From Raillietiella orientalis (lineage: Eukaryota): a DNA stretch of 64,000 nt. The stretch spans positions 1 to 64,000 of the forward strand of contig JAYWIR010000014.1 of NCBI GenBank assembly GCA_036172245.1, read 5' to 3'. The stretch's first letter is position 1. Each line of letters opens with the position of its first letter. Below the pieces are notes generated by a model, which saw nothing but the letters and a program-made list of their open reading frames with translations, searched no databases and was not told where the DNA came from. This document shows, one piece after another, positions 28,420-41,570 of the stretch. The position numbers and the translations under genes were made by a program.

Positions 28420-30216
28420 TACCAGAGGTGTTTGGGGCTGGCATCCGATTCAATGATTTTTACTTCTCTTACGTTTTTTAATTTTTCAGTGTGAGTTTCT
28501 TTTCTATCAGGCGCGATGGGCAGAATCTGTTTGAAAGATGGGGTAGACACCTTTTCCGTATGCTTTACGGCTTCGCCCTTTCGACGTGTTATGTTCGGAC
28601 TCCTCTTTACAAGATGACCCACGACATTACAGTGGCCACAGAGTTAGTTTTCCCAAATACCAGTTGTCCATCTTCTCCACATTGATTTCGCACTTATGGA
28701 GTAGCACTCTCTGTTCTCACGCGGTTATGTTTGCGGCAGCAAACCTTTTAAACAAGCCGTTAAAGTACTTCTGGTAATGGTTTGGTTATGCCCACAAAAC
28801 ATGCACCATTCCGTTTTGTTCCAATTGCTCTCTCACAGCATGTATGTTCATGCGTAGCGTCAATTCTGTAAAGTGGCAACGATATCGCCGTCGACGGACA
28901 TGAGGAATACCTTGCGGCCATCGATTTTGTCAAGGCTCCTATGAAGTCGACGAGGCAAACCTTTGTCTTTGCAAGTCAGCTCCACGATCTGCACTCCGTT
29001 GCGGTTTTAGAATCCCAGGAATTCCTTCTTCTTCACGTCTAGATTGTGCAACTCCTCTCCGAAGGGTAGTGCAGTTTGGTCATCAGAATCCCGTCCTTCC
29101 TTGTACAGCAGGCCCCGATTGTAACCGAACACCTTTTAAGTGTTTTTTGTTCTGCCGCGGCTTCCGCCACAAGGTGGCAACCGTAACTTTTCAGACCCTT
29201 GCGAGTGCGAGGGTCTGAAGGGGGAACTGGCCCGTGATCCATTGGCGTGGTGGTTGGTGGCATTATCTTTCCCTGACCTTTCTTAGTGGTGGAAACAAGT
29301 TGTGCTGCCTTTCCCATACCACTGACACCGCAAATAAAGTTGAACCCTTCGTGCTGGAGCACTGAGGATACATCGCCGAGTCGGCGAGCGGCCCTGTCGG
29401 GGGTCCTTCGGCAAATTGTGCCGACATAATATGCGGAATGTCACTCTCGAGAAGGGCGCACGGATCCCTTTCACTCGCTGTGATGACAGCGTACAGCGCC
29501 GGAAAGCTCCGGCATTCCCCCTGGAATTCCTGGTTAACCATCCAGTCGTCGACCATCTTCCCAATTTTTCCTTTCGGCAGGAACCGGTTTCAGTTCGATT
29601 CTGGGGTGAACTGAGAGAGCGGACAGAGCTTTTCTGACAGCGAATATGGGTGCCCATTCATAAGCACGGGGTTTACGCTCCAGGTTTGCACTGGACACCA
29701 TTGAGCATGATCTGCTATCTGTTAGAGCGCGGATTGAGGCAGCTCTTGGCCAAGGGCAGGTGGACGTCTTCAGGAATTGAGCAGCATCCGAATGCCTCGT
29801 TAGCAATTCCTCTCGAGCGAGTACTTCCAAAGACAGAACTCCCTCTTGGTAGGGTCGGAAGTTGTGGGCTGGTAGGTCGAGTCGGACGCCATGTGAGAGC
29901 CGGCCTGCCGTTCTAGCTCGATTGTTCTCGCCAAAATGGGAGCTGCACTTTGTCTTCGAAATACGGCTACGCCATGTGAAGGTGTAGCCGTATTTCACCT
30001 CTAACGTTTCACCTTTGAGACGTTTTACATTGCGTTGCATCTTCGTTTGCCTCGTGCACAAGAACAAGGTCGGAACTTGCGGTTTCTGCAGGCTCTGTGT
30101 CGTTTTACGCCGTTTTCGCGCGTCTGTACGGAACTTGCAGGAGAATGTTCATTCTGTCGTCCTTCAGGGAATTGTATAGTCTTCTCTTCTTTCCATGTGG
30201 CCAGGAACTCCTCCAT
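28420..30216 (-). mobile_element. Decayed gag/ORF1-like region of a retroelement (non-LTR ORF1 type, with zinc-knuckle remnants)
   Basis: GC-rich island. ORFs 30067-29534 and 29362-29039 share one frame. Downstream reads FGEELHNLDVKKKEFLGF*NRNGVQIVELT..LP..KIDGRKVFL, resembling the ORF1 RRM-like 'NGxRxV' region. It is followed by CX2CX4HX4C remnants WCMFCGHN.. and LCGHCNVVGHLVKRSP (~28640-28599; last Cys changed to Ser). Multiple stops and frameshifts. Confidence 0.65.
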
Positions 30217-30478
30217 GACCGAGGATAGGACACGATGAGCCGATTATTCTGATACTCATTCAATAGAAAGATTCAAAGATTCGGTTGTTAAGTAGGAATG
30301 TAGAAGAGTCTGCACAACCCAATTGCAAATAAAGACGCACTTTTTGTTTGAACGTGTTTACAGGATTTCATTTAATTGTAAAATTTTTGTGAGAATCGGT
30401 ATCATCACTCTGTTGTACCCAGGAGACTTGTATGCTGGACCTGCTGATCCCGTCTTCTGTTGGAAGGGTGGACAAAGT

Positions 30479-31765
30479 TCAAGATGACATTTTGTGGCGG
30501 TGAATGGTCAAATCTGAAAACTGGAGATTGCCTTTGAAAAATTCGAGCGATTCGGTGAGGAAGGGCTTACATCTTCGTCCTTGAGGAGCCCGAAACCGAA
30601 AGAATCCCACGAATAGTGCCGATATAAGAGTTGTGATTCCCAGGATTACCATAATTCCTATCAATGGGTTAAAATAAATCAGAGTCTGATGTTGATCTGG
30701 AAATACAGGAAGAATTTGCACACTCCAGCGGAGAGCTTTTAGATACCATCAAGGAAGCGCACACCCGAGAAATTACGCGAAAACATAGGTTGGATGAAGT
30801 TGACATGGTGCTTATCCTTTACGTGAATGAACAGGGGGCGGGAGATCTTCTTCTCATTAACAATGTACATCACAACAAGGAGTGGAAACTGAGGCAGTTT
30901 CTTGATAATTAAAGTGGCGATGTAAATATTGTTCCCCATCATCTGCAATTAGGAAATGAGAATCAGATGTTTGACTGGAATAGGTAGGACCCGTTATTGG
31001 GTTCTGAAAGAAAAACCAACCAAATTATCTAATTCTGTGTATTCCTGGGCTTCATAGAAAGAGCAGCTGTTGTTCACTGTCACTATGCCACAACCGGTTC
31101 TCCACAAAATGTTTGACTTAGGAGGAGGTGGGTTGGCCAGAAAGGGAACTTGGATCGACAACGGTACTCTGATGTGCGTCCAGTGTAATTTCATATAATT
31201 GATTAGAACTCGAGGCTGAACTGGAACGAAGATGCGAATCGGACCATGGGAAACACAAACGGAAGCTGCGCTCCCACATTTCTTACTGCAATGGCATTGT
31301 ACTATCACTATAGAAAGACCGGAAGATTTATTCATTAAAGATATATCTTTTACAATAAACACCCAGCGTGACTGGATGAAAATACATTTCTCATTTTCAG
31401 TTACTACAGTAGAAAATGCCACAAATTGTTCTATATTCCAATATTATTTTGAAAAGAAACATCTGCCAGCCACGAAATGTACTAATAGAATCGAAAATGC
31501 TATTACATGGAGTTGTTCCTTTAGAAATGACGCATTGCGGTTTCAAAGAAACCCTTTGCAATCTTCCGCAAACTACATGTAGATTCCCTTTCAATGGAAA
31601 AAATGTATCTCTTTGTGATTTCATATTTTCAAGAGATCTGCCTATCCTATAGAGCAGCAAATCTTCTGAAGGAGAGATTTCAAATAATTGAACATGAGTG
31701 CTGTTTTCATACTGAGCCAAAAACAAACTGAAGCAAAAAAAAAGACAAGACGTAAACGAGCTCAT
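30479..31765 (-). CDS. 3' exons of a membrane protein: Ig-like domain, transmembrane helix, short cytoplasmic tail
   Basis: IQVPFLANPPPPKSNILWR (Ig-type ANPPP...W), then NIYIATLII, then hydrophobic LIGIMVILGITTLISALFVGFF followed by basic RFR. The segments are separated by short GT-AG intervals. Exact exon boundaries are unresolved. Confidence 0.6.
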
Positions 31766-33412
31766 TTACAATGAAGACGTTTGCTTCCGGCACATTCTTC
31801 TCCGGGAGCCCATTACATTCAACAGGCCTTCCGGAGAATATTTCTAAATCGGTTGTCGATCGTTCGAACACCCCTAAATTGCTTTCTTTCCTATGAGTGT
31901 CATAATACTGCAAAAGTAAACATCTATGTAATCTCGGGTTGAATTACACTGCAGGTCTGGAAGATTGGCTTCTTACCATTATTGACAAATTTGATTCCAG
32001 CATCTCTCAGGTTTCTCCGAATGCACTCTTTGCCTGACAAGTACATCTCTACTAAAGCATCTATTGCTGTCATCTATAAGAGGCAAGTGTTCCGAATGTT
32101 TTGGGTATTCAAGCAAAAAGGGAGCTCGTCACTGTTTACAAGAGTGAGCTGATCATGTTCTCTTCCAGTCAGTCTTGCACTTGAAGATTGCTTGATCTTG
32201 GGATTCATATTCCTTATTGTATCCATGGAATGTTTCCTGATTTCCATTACCCGTCATATCGATCATTGACATCTCTTAAAATGTTTGAACCCTTCATTCG
32301 GGACATTGAAATTCTACTTTCTTCATTCGCTTTCGATCTTTGGTTCAGCCCCTTTCAAGAACTTTTCAAGTTATATTTCCCCTCAATTCTTCTTCAGATT
32401 GAAGAATCCAGGAAATTAGGCCTGCAACCTGCTCCTACTGGATTCCTGATGAGCACACTTGATATTTCTATGGGATCTTTGAAAAGCATTCTTGCAGATC
32501 TGCACAGAATTGTGAAATTCTGTACAGATAATTATTGAACAAATAATTATTGACAGATAATTCTGTACAAATAATTATTGAAAAGAACTGCATACAAGAA
32601 ACAGTAGAGATCAAGTGTTTCTATGCTCAGGGCAATGTTACAATGTCATGCTTTCGACGTAATGATTGGTTCGGAGGTACTGACGTATCGAACAATGATG
32701 GAGGCAGTAAGAAAATTCAGGAACTTTGCAATCACTGTTTCTTCTACTTCTTGTTTCCTGACTTCGGAAGTCTTTCATTGTCTTTAGCGACCCTAACCTC
32801 AAACCAAAAAAAAGAAAACTCTTAAAAAAAAAAAGCTGAAAGAAAGTAAGCAGAACATCTACTGCTCTTCATTTTCAACATTATGCTTCTCGTGAATCAA
32901 GATGTTCTCATGACTCCGGCATCTGTGTTCAGCTCAGGCCTTCTAGAAGGGAGAATCTCGATCTCGTAATTATATAGTTTGATGTTTTCCTTGTGCAAAC
33001 AGCCTCGTTGCGTTGCAATGATGCTGGAGAATGATCTCCCACCTCATAATAATTGGTAAGAGGCATAAAATATTAGAACCCTTGAAGACGCATTTCACTA
33101 CCGCGTCTAACAATGAATAGAAAGTGTTTATTCTTCCTCTCTCGAAAATTTTTTCGTTGATGTGACTTTGGTGACTTGATCTAATCATTAATCCTGACCA
33201 AATTCTGCTTCTACAAACGGAATTTCCGGGGATTTTTGTGCCATGAACGAGGTAGCGGCACTCGGTAGCGGTGATTTTTTTAATTTGTGGATTTTTGGGA
33301 GTCGCAGTGATGGTGCATTCGATGTTACAATTCCGGTAGAAAGTACTACTTCCGTTAGCGTCATTAGAGCAATCCGATGGCATGTCACAGATCAGCAGGC
33401 GGTGATACTTAC

Positions 33413-34556
33413 ACTGAACCCACAAATGTATCTCCTGTATTAATCTGGGGAAGGAGCCGGAAACTTTGCACGACAGTACGTTGTTGTTGTCTGTCATGTG
33501 GGCATGGTATTCTATCTTACTGACGTGCTGTATTTTATCTCCGCGGTCCTCTGACACCGACTCGTTTGAGATCAATACTCGTTTACCTGCAATGCAATTT
33601 TTTTTTATTATTTTGCCTTTTGTGACTGCTGCACTGGAAGATTACCTATGTTCCAGAGAAAAAAGTGGGTCTGATTGCCTCCATTCAGTCGACATGTGCA
33701 AACGAGTTTCGCGCCTTCATCGACTTTTACTATTTTGCGTCCATCGGCCTGCAACTCGATTCTGTGATTTTCAACCGTCAGCTCCAAGTTGCCTTCTTCT
33801 TCTGAAATCATACATCAGTATTTCTTGTAGACAACGATGTGAAGGGACCATTTGTTTCGCATTTCTGAATACTGCAGCTTTCTTTCACGAATCCATGTTT
33901 TGGATCCGAAACGTAACACCATGGACCTTTGGATAACTCCTTTGGATTGCGACAATAATTTTTGGACTTTAGGAGGCATCCGTCAATCAACATCCAAGAA
34001 GCCTTGTTTATCGACATGTAACTCAAAAGGGGAGAGCTTTCCCAATGTTCACATCTGTTTCCTTTTAAAGTTACATTTTGATGACCGCGGTACATTAATC
34101 CCTTTTCATCTGTTAAACACTGTCTTTCTAAAAACCATGAATTTAGTTTTTTCTTTTAACGGCTGAACAGTCCTTACCTGGTGCAATTCTTCCACAGATG
34201 GCTCGAAGTCCATCATTGCATGATCTGACATGTCCGTCAAATTTCAATTTGAAGGGATCTGAATTAAACGATAAGGTGATGGACAAACAGTCATTTGGAC
34301 GAGGCGTCAGTGTCATGTTCTTTCCTAAGAGTGCTGCTTTGGCTGCACACGTTATTGGAGTTTCATCCGTCCATTGCCAATTCCCACTAACAGACCTTCC
34401 GCCTATCCAAAAGGAACGAGCAAATATCCATCCTTCTTTACTTAAAGTCTTTGATAGCAATTCCAAATATGGCTGAAATGAGTGGTGAAATGGTTGAGAG
34501 CAAAATAGGTCGCATAAGTAGAATAGGTCACTACTACCATAACGAGTCGCCAACAA
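33413..34556 (-). CDS. Exons encoding a C-type lectin domain, a kringle domain and an Ig-like domain (5' end not resolved)
   Basis: CTL: SFWIGGRSVSGNWQWTDETP..NDCL..SCNDGLRAIC. A 50-nt intron (34177-34128) joins in frame to a kringle: ERQCLTDEKGLMYRGHQNVTLKGNRCEHW..NYCRNPKELSKGPWCY..ESCSIQKC. Then Ig: CRLNGG..FLWNI, a 59-nt intron (33645-33587), and SKIEY..DNNNVLSCKV. Confidence 0.85.
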
Positions 34557-37500
34557 ATTTATTTTTGCTCAAAACAGCAACCTATAGTGTTCGTTTTTTA
34601 AAAAAATTTCATTGTTTTGGAGGACCAAAATACAAATCATCAAATTTCTGTACATAATCTGAAGAGACTGGACCGAAATGAAAGAAAGAGAGAAGTTGGT
34701 CGTGTCGAGAGTAAAAAATGGTATAGAGTAAGAAAATTCTTGACCACCCTTGTATATTCAGAAGTTGAGCAGGTGACCTTTCTGCATATTTTTCTTAAAA
34801 TTTGCAAGGAAATGCAGAGATCTGTGATCTGTGATCACGGATCAGTAAGAGAAACCAGATTTCATTAAAAAAAGGAGCTCCAGGGATTTCAAAAACATCT
34901 GGACGTGGACCCACTCGGGTGTAAGAAAAAAAAAAGGGAATTATTATTATATTCCGAATTGGTACACGAAACCGATGTACCAAAAATTTTCATACTCTAC
35001 TCCGAGTTGTAATTCAAGTATTCATGACTTCGGGATGTTATTTGATCCAGAGATTCAGTGTGGAAGGCATAAACTAATACTTCGCCATTAGTATTTGAGC
35101 ATCGAGTTCGAGATCAGAAACTGGTCTTGTTGATATCCGTAATCCATTGTTCTGCTTTGGAAACTTCTATTGAATTCAAATTGGATCCATTCATTTCTTG
35201 GTCTCCGTTTGTTCGCTACACATTGTGTTCAAAGAAAAGTCTAAATGAGTGCAGACACGATTTCTGTATGTGCATACTACATGTGATGTTTGTAAAAAAC
35301 GAGATGTTTTTTTCATTTCCTTTGGTCAAAAGAGACTAATGGCAGTGGCCAAGAGTACTTTGAGTGAGCTTTCTGTTTTAATATCTGAGATGCAGCGCTC
35401 CTTGACGAGAATCACTCAAGATCTCAACAAACAACAAACAACCAGATACGGTGAGAAAGGTTGCACCCAAAACAAAAAGTTTGCAGAGAATTATTCGGAA
35501 AAGATGCTACACATATTGGTAATGGCACGTCATTTGTTTCATGCTGCGTTTTCAGTGCTTTACCTTGCAAAAACCGTGCAAAAACATTATACTCTCATTA
35601 AATATGTTTTGACTCAAAGGTCCATAAGATTTTACATTTCTAACTTTCAAGGTTGAGGTTGAGTTAAATTTTTATTTTCAAAATGAATGTTTTAAATAAA
35701 TCTTGATAGCTCAAATCATAACTGGGTATAAGGGCAGAGAGAGAGAGAAATATGTTGAGTGTTACAAAGCCAGGCAAAAAGAAAAACAAGAGGTAATCTC
35801 ATTTGCTTGCCAAGTTCTCGAGGCTCACTCTCTGAAAAAATTATATTTTTTGTAATCCATCAAAAATCCATTCACATTGGATAAACATTTGACATCATCT
35901 GCAATTCTCTTCCCAATGCTCAGCCGCTTCCATGCCTTTCTAAACTCTTCTGAAATTCTCGAACGAGGATTCCACAATGAATTTTGTGTTTTCGAAGCAA
36001 TTTATTTCCTCTTCTAGAGGTCTTTTTTCGGTTTCCTCATTCGATTAGGAATCTTTGTTTCTTTCGTTACGGTCAGCCGTTTTACTGATTGCTCGAAAGG
36101 TGGGTTACTCTGCATTTGGAATCAATTTTCTTCTCCGACGGCCAGACTTTTGCATGAGTTTGTTTCCTACTCTTCTCAAAATTCAATGAAAAGTGATTCA
36201 AGAATTTGTGATCACATGGAAGACGGCTGTCTCTCTATTGAATGTACTGTTTATCTATAGAAATAGAATTATCATAGGATCATTAGTAAAAAGCGAACAT
36301 CTACTCTTCAGAATAGAGGAACAAGCAGTTTCTTTACAGCATGAAACACAATGATAAGTTTCCATAAAATCAATCAGTAAGCTTAGAAGTAGAGGATAAG
36401 GATGTTTCTGGAAAGAAAGGAGAAGAAAAACATGAATGCAAGGAAAGAAAGCAAAGTGCACTCCAAATCTCTATTTGCGTGTGTTGAGAAAGCCACCTAA
36501 TTTAAATGTGTGTGTATCTTGGAGCTGAGTTTGAAAATAAAATTAGAATTTCGGTGGATATGTCATTCATATTTATATTCCCACTTGTGCTTGTAACTTG
36601 ATTACCGATCGCAATACACATGAGTATGCGCTCCGTTATTGATGGTTTTACACATATGCAGTCAATCAGCAAATAGATGGATTAATTTTTTGCTCACCTC
36701 AGATAAGAGCTGCAGGAGTTCCATGTCATTTAGATTGCATTGCTTGCTAGCTTCGTCGAAACTGTAGAATTTGTTCAGAATCAACAATCTGAACTCCGGA
36801 TTGATCGGATAAAAGAAAGTTGCATCTGAAAGCACCAAGTTTTTGTAAAGTTAATGACCAAGAAACCAGTTTGCTGTGAAAATCATATTGGTTAACGGCC
36901 GGGAAAACAAAAACATTGATTTTTGGCATTATGAAAACACCTTGATCTCTCTGATTTTGTTTTTACAAAGAACATGACATCACTAGCATCTTTGAAAGTC
37001 AAGGAACAGACCATTAGTTTGCACAACGAAGATCAGAGTTTTTAAAAGAAAAATGTATACATTTAATGACCAGCATCATCGAAAACTTTATAATCTTTGT
37101 ACAAGTGCCTTGTTTCTGATGCAGTGAGCAGATCGAGGTCTTTAATTCCAAGAGATGGATTTTAAATTGCCTTGAAATCTCAAGTTCCTTATTTTATAAT
37201 TATCTATTAATAATAAATTACTACATTGTGTGATGAAATAGATTCTTTCATAAATAACTTGCTACATTGCCAATCTGAAGCCTAATTATAACACAACTGT
37301 TGCAAACATCCAATGTATTAAGAATTAAGTTCCATATGTTCATGATTTTCATACTTAATCTTAGTTTAAGTCTTTTTGGCAGGGTGTGGAAGTGAATTAA
37401 GGTATAGTCAATTGTTTGGCTTTTGAAATTTCAAAAGTTTCTCCTGAAACAAAGAAACTATTATGGAATGATCAAATAGACAATAACCGTTATCTTAAAT

Positions 37501-37574
37501 GGTAGATGCGGTTTTGATCAGCAACTATTTTGAAATTTCTAAAGTTCTGTGAGAGGAAAACGATTCTTATAAGC

Positions 37575-38020
37575 CAGGGGTGGCCCTCGGTGTGATTTTA
37601 TGTGGCTCGCGATGCTCTGGAATGAAATGAAAAAACAGAATATGTTACGAAGAGAATAGCAAGTAACTGTCGTGTCGTTATGTCATATGCGCTATGATGC
37701 ACTGGTCAACCGTGGGAGACAAAGTCCAAATGCAGAGTTAAATATAACCCGAGATTTTGTTGATTTAACGAATTTTCATAAGAGGCATTTGCGCTAGTTT
37801 CTTTTTCTCGATCGGCGTGCCAAAGTTTTGTGGGTTGTGTGTCTTTTATAGCTTATTTTAAAAACATGTAAGTTGTTGCAGTTATTTCAGTTTTTAAAAT
37901 TTATATTAAATCCCAATTTTTTATATTTTAAGAAAATTTGTAAATATCATGAATTCTCAACCGCGTGAATCTTACCAGTCGCATTAAATGGTCCGCGGTT
38001 GAATGAGTTTGACATACCTG
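37575..38020. mobile_element. Non-autonomous hAT (Charlie/Buster-type) element, 446 bp
   Basis: The left end reads CAGGGGTGGCC. The reverse complement of the right end reads CAGGTATGTCAAACTCATT..CGCGGACCA. The 8-bp flanks TTATAAGC (37567-37574) and CTGTAAGC (38021-38028) match at 6/8 positions, with the central TA typical of Buster/Charlie target-site duplications. Confidence 0.75.
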
Positions 38021-40419
38021 CTGTAAGCTAATCAATTAAAATAAGGGATGAGATTGAACAGCAGGAAAAGATTGGAAAAAAAGAAAAAGTAATCTAATAG
38101 AGTTTTAATTCATGATTTTCCTTGATAATGATTTCTGTAAATATAAAAAAACGATTTAAAAAAGACCACACTTTCTGAAGCTGAGCTCTTGAGCTCATGT
38201 GAACAGCACTGTGTTATCTATATGAATCAAAACATCTGTTTGCCTGCTTATAATTTATTGATTTACTAATGCTTCAACAATACTGAATATTTTAAGGCAT
38301 AGAGATGTTTTCTAAATGAGTGTCCCAAATGATACACATTTATGTGAACTCCTGCATATGCCTATGGATTGCAAGCGAATAAAGTGTACTTTTTGCGAGT
38401 GTGCCTGAAGACACTCTTAAAACACTTATAACTAAAAACTGTTGTTAACTGTATTGTTTAATTAAACTGATTTAACTATATATTTCATATTTAAACTATA
38501 TATTTCATAGGAAGAGTACAAGATTGCAAGAAACAGAATGAATTCTGATTTTTCTTTTTTTTGACGTCTGCAAAAGTGCGCTTCTGTTTTCTTACCTGCA
38601 TTGACTGAAACTTTTTTGAGCCCTTCAATCACAAAAAGCAATATAAAGCAAACTGTACATTTATTTACTGATTTCACTGAAAAAGTCATTTTAAATCTTT
38701 ATACTAGTTATGAAAACTAACATGCATCAGCTATTTTCCATAGCAAGAATTTCTAACAATTGAGACCCAAAGCATATTGTTAATTTCCCACCAGTATTTA
38801 AACTATGGCATCAGCATAACAAAAATGAATCGGATAACCTTTAACTAATTATAATAAGCGATTTGAAAAACTTTCGGGTATCCAATTCGGTGATTTAAAA
38901 ACAGCGATTATCATATTGACTTGAGAAAAAATCGAGTAATTCTTCAAATCGAAGGAGTTTCCATTAATCCCATGTCGAAAGTGCGAAACCAAAGATCACA
39001 TAAATAATAATAATGTTTTCACAGATCAGCAATGAATTTGCTTTAAAGAGCGCGAATCCTCTAAAGACGATATAAACAGAAATTCAAGATCAGGTTATTT
39101 CTTGGCACAACACGAATTTCCGTGCACATGGTATGGTATCATATCGATGAAATGATGATATTGATAATCTCATATAAGGAATGGAAAAAAACAAATATGT
39201 GCCTTTTGAGCAGTGAAAGGCATTCCGAAACAAAAAAATACTTCCATAAGAATCGTAACATATAATCAAGGTAGAAGCTACACAGAGTTTCACTGCAGAA
39301 TTCTTTGACAATTATCTCTAAACTGTTTACCAATGATAGGAAAGAAGAAATCCAGCTAGCTTACCGGATTTATACTAGGTATAAATGCTCTTTTATTCTA
39401 TGTACAAACTCATTGGCACGATAAAGTGAACACCCAAGATGAGAGAATTATTATTTTATTTCAACGGAGAGTGTCATCTTTTGTATACATACATTTTTTG
39501 TGTTAGCAAAGTGTATCCTTTCAGTGTATCTGTTCCATGAATCAATAATAGATCGACTGGGAAAATTTCCTTTGCATTTTGATCCTATCTGTTTGGAATC
39601 TTTGGATGGATAATGCTACCTTCTGATGGATTTTTTCCGTGATATTTAATCAGTATTTTGCCATTCACATTGAATTCTTACTTACTCTATTTTTTTTTTT
39701 TTTTCATTGTTCAAACATTGCAGCAGCAAAGGATGGAACTGATCTTTCGATTCGAAAGTAGTTTGGATTATCATAAATTTCATAAAAATTCATGACAAAG
39801 TAAAAAAGTTAAATAAAAATCCCTGAGATTTGGTATGAGAGACAGCAAAAAAAGAAATACGGAAGTGAAACATACGTTTTTATGCAAAACGGGCGTCAAT
39901 GATGAGTGATGACTAAACTGGCCTTCACTCCACTTCAAATAATTAGACGTATTTTCAGTTCATGGACATTACATGGATTCAAAACAACTTCAATGAAGGA
40001 AAGCCTTAAAAAGAATCGCTTAGAAAGTACAGTGGGATTTTTTCCCAAAATTTCGGAAATGTACTGAATTGAACTGTCAATTCAAATAAATTGACTTCAC
40101 GGCAGACTAGGTGCTGGAAGAGAATAATGACATTATCCAGATTATTTTGCTGTCTACCAGTCTTCCACTGTTTAGTCTGAGGAATTTATTCTCTGAACAA
40201 TCCCAGATCACGTAAATCCAGTAAACCACAGCACGACTGGTTTACAGTTTTCGGATGCTCGTTGGTCTGACACCCCGTTGTGCTGGGGCGTTATTTTTAA
40301 AATAAACATACAAGTTAATGGCAGGACATTTGGTCCTGCGACGTTAGATATATATACAAAAAGAAATCTGTTGAGAACCGTTGAGCAAGCCGGCGAGGTC
40401 CTCCTCGGCATCAGAGGAA

Positions 40420-41570
40420 AAGGCAAACAAACAAAAAGAAAAATAAAACAAAAAAATATATATATAAAATTGAGAGGATTTGGGAAGGGAACAACGGGGC
40501 GCTGGAGGGCGTTTCCTGCATCCTTGTAAGCATGCCGGCAAGTTTCTGTTTTACGATCCCCAGATGGGACCATCTTGCCTCTATAATCATGAAGAGGACA
40601 GCAAAATAGATGGCATCCCTATCATTTTGGCTTCCTCTTGCCTTGCTCCACGATCGCGCGTAGGCAGCACAATACTGCTAGGGCTGAGGTCAGCATGAAG
40701 GCGTCGCGCTGGAAGAGGCGATTCAGAATATCTCTGGGGTTGCCCTCGGAGTTCCTCAGAGACTCCGCAAAACATTCTCATAAAGGGTGGAGGGCAACAC
40801 AATCCATGAGCATGTGCGAGAGGGACTCTCGCGCTGCAGCTACCGTAGTTTGGACTTGCACTCCCCGGATCCAATGGTGTCGGCGAGCGTTATACGGGAG
40901 GTCCCGATGCAGCTGCAGGGTCTCCGACTCCTACCACTTCAAGGGGAGGATAGGACTGTTCCAAGACGCTGAGGGCCACTGTACCTCCTCCAGAGGAATT
41001 TGTAGTAGCTTTCCACAGCGTAGCAATCCTTTTGGAGGGACACTCGGGGTGACGGCATTGGTCAGCTCCCGAATTTTCCACGTACTTAAATATTTTTTCC
41101 TGTTATTAATTATGAGCGTCACCTCCCACTTGGCCATAAGGCCGCTGTCTACTAGGAGGCCCAGTTCACTACCCTCACGCGGAGCGCAAAGGTCCTTTTA
41201 ACCGGACTTTCGACCTCTCTGCGCCCGACATGGCTTTTCTGGGGAGGTCCTGGGTCCTCTTTTGGATGGCCACAAGAGTGAGGCAAACAAAAAGCAGGGG
41301 GCGCAGGAGAGGAGCCTCAAACGCGTTCCACACCGCGGTCCGTTCCAGCAATTAAAACTTGCCATTTGGGAACAGGAAGAGCGCCATTTCCACTTTCTGG
41401 AGACGGCCGAATCAGACCTCTGCTACGCAGAAGTCTCCCAACGGAACGCCAAGGTAACTGGTGTACCCCCCCGTTGGGATCCCCAAGCGGATCCACTCCG
41501 ACCGTCCGGCCTACATCGAACCAGTCGGCGCTGCCGGATGTTTGTTGGTCGGAAATCACGTAATCATGGT
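40420..41570 (-). mobile_element. Decayed 3' part of an L1/Tx1-clade non-LTR retrotransposon ORF2 with T-rich 3' UTR
   Basis: The minus strand reads SYLGVPLGDF..*FGRLQKVEMAL..*LLERTAVWNAFEAPLL (post-RT YLGVPL region). It then reads ILPLKW*E..LHRDLPYNARRHHW..ESLSHMLMDC (zf-RVT-like CCHC region), followed by a T-rich tract (40418-40470). GC-rich relative to the flanks, with internal stops. Confidence 0.85.

Noticed and set aside
29309..29329. GVSGMGKA Walker-A-like motif suggesting a viral SF1 helicase
   Set aside because: It lacks the S/T after K and no Walker B follows. The downstream sequence fits a gag/ORF1 with zinc knuckles better.
32520..32582. Short AT-rich repeats (ACA(G/A)ATAATT x4)
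   Set aside because: Low-complexity minisatellite-like patch with no sign of function.
40638..41201. 187-aa + strand ORF
   Set aside because: It is the antisense shadow of the GC-rich L1/Tx1 remnant on the minus strand.
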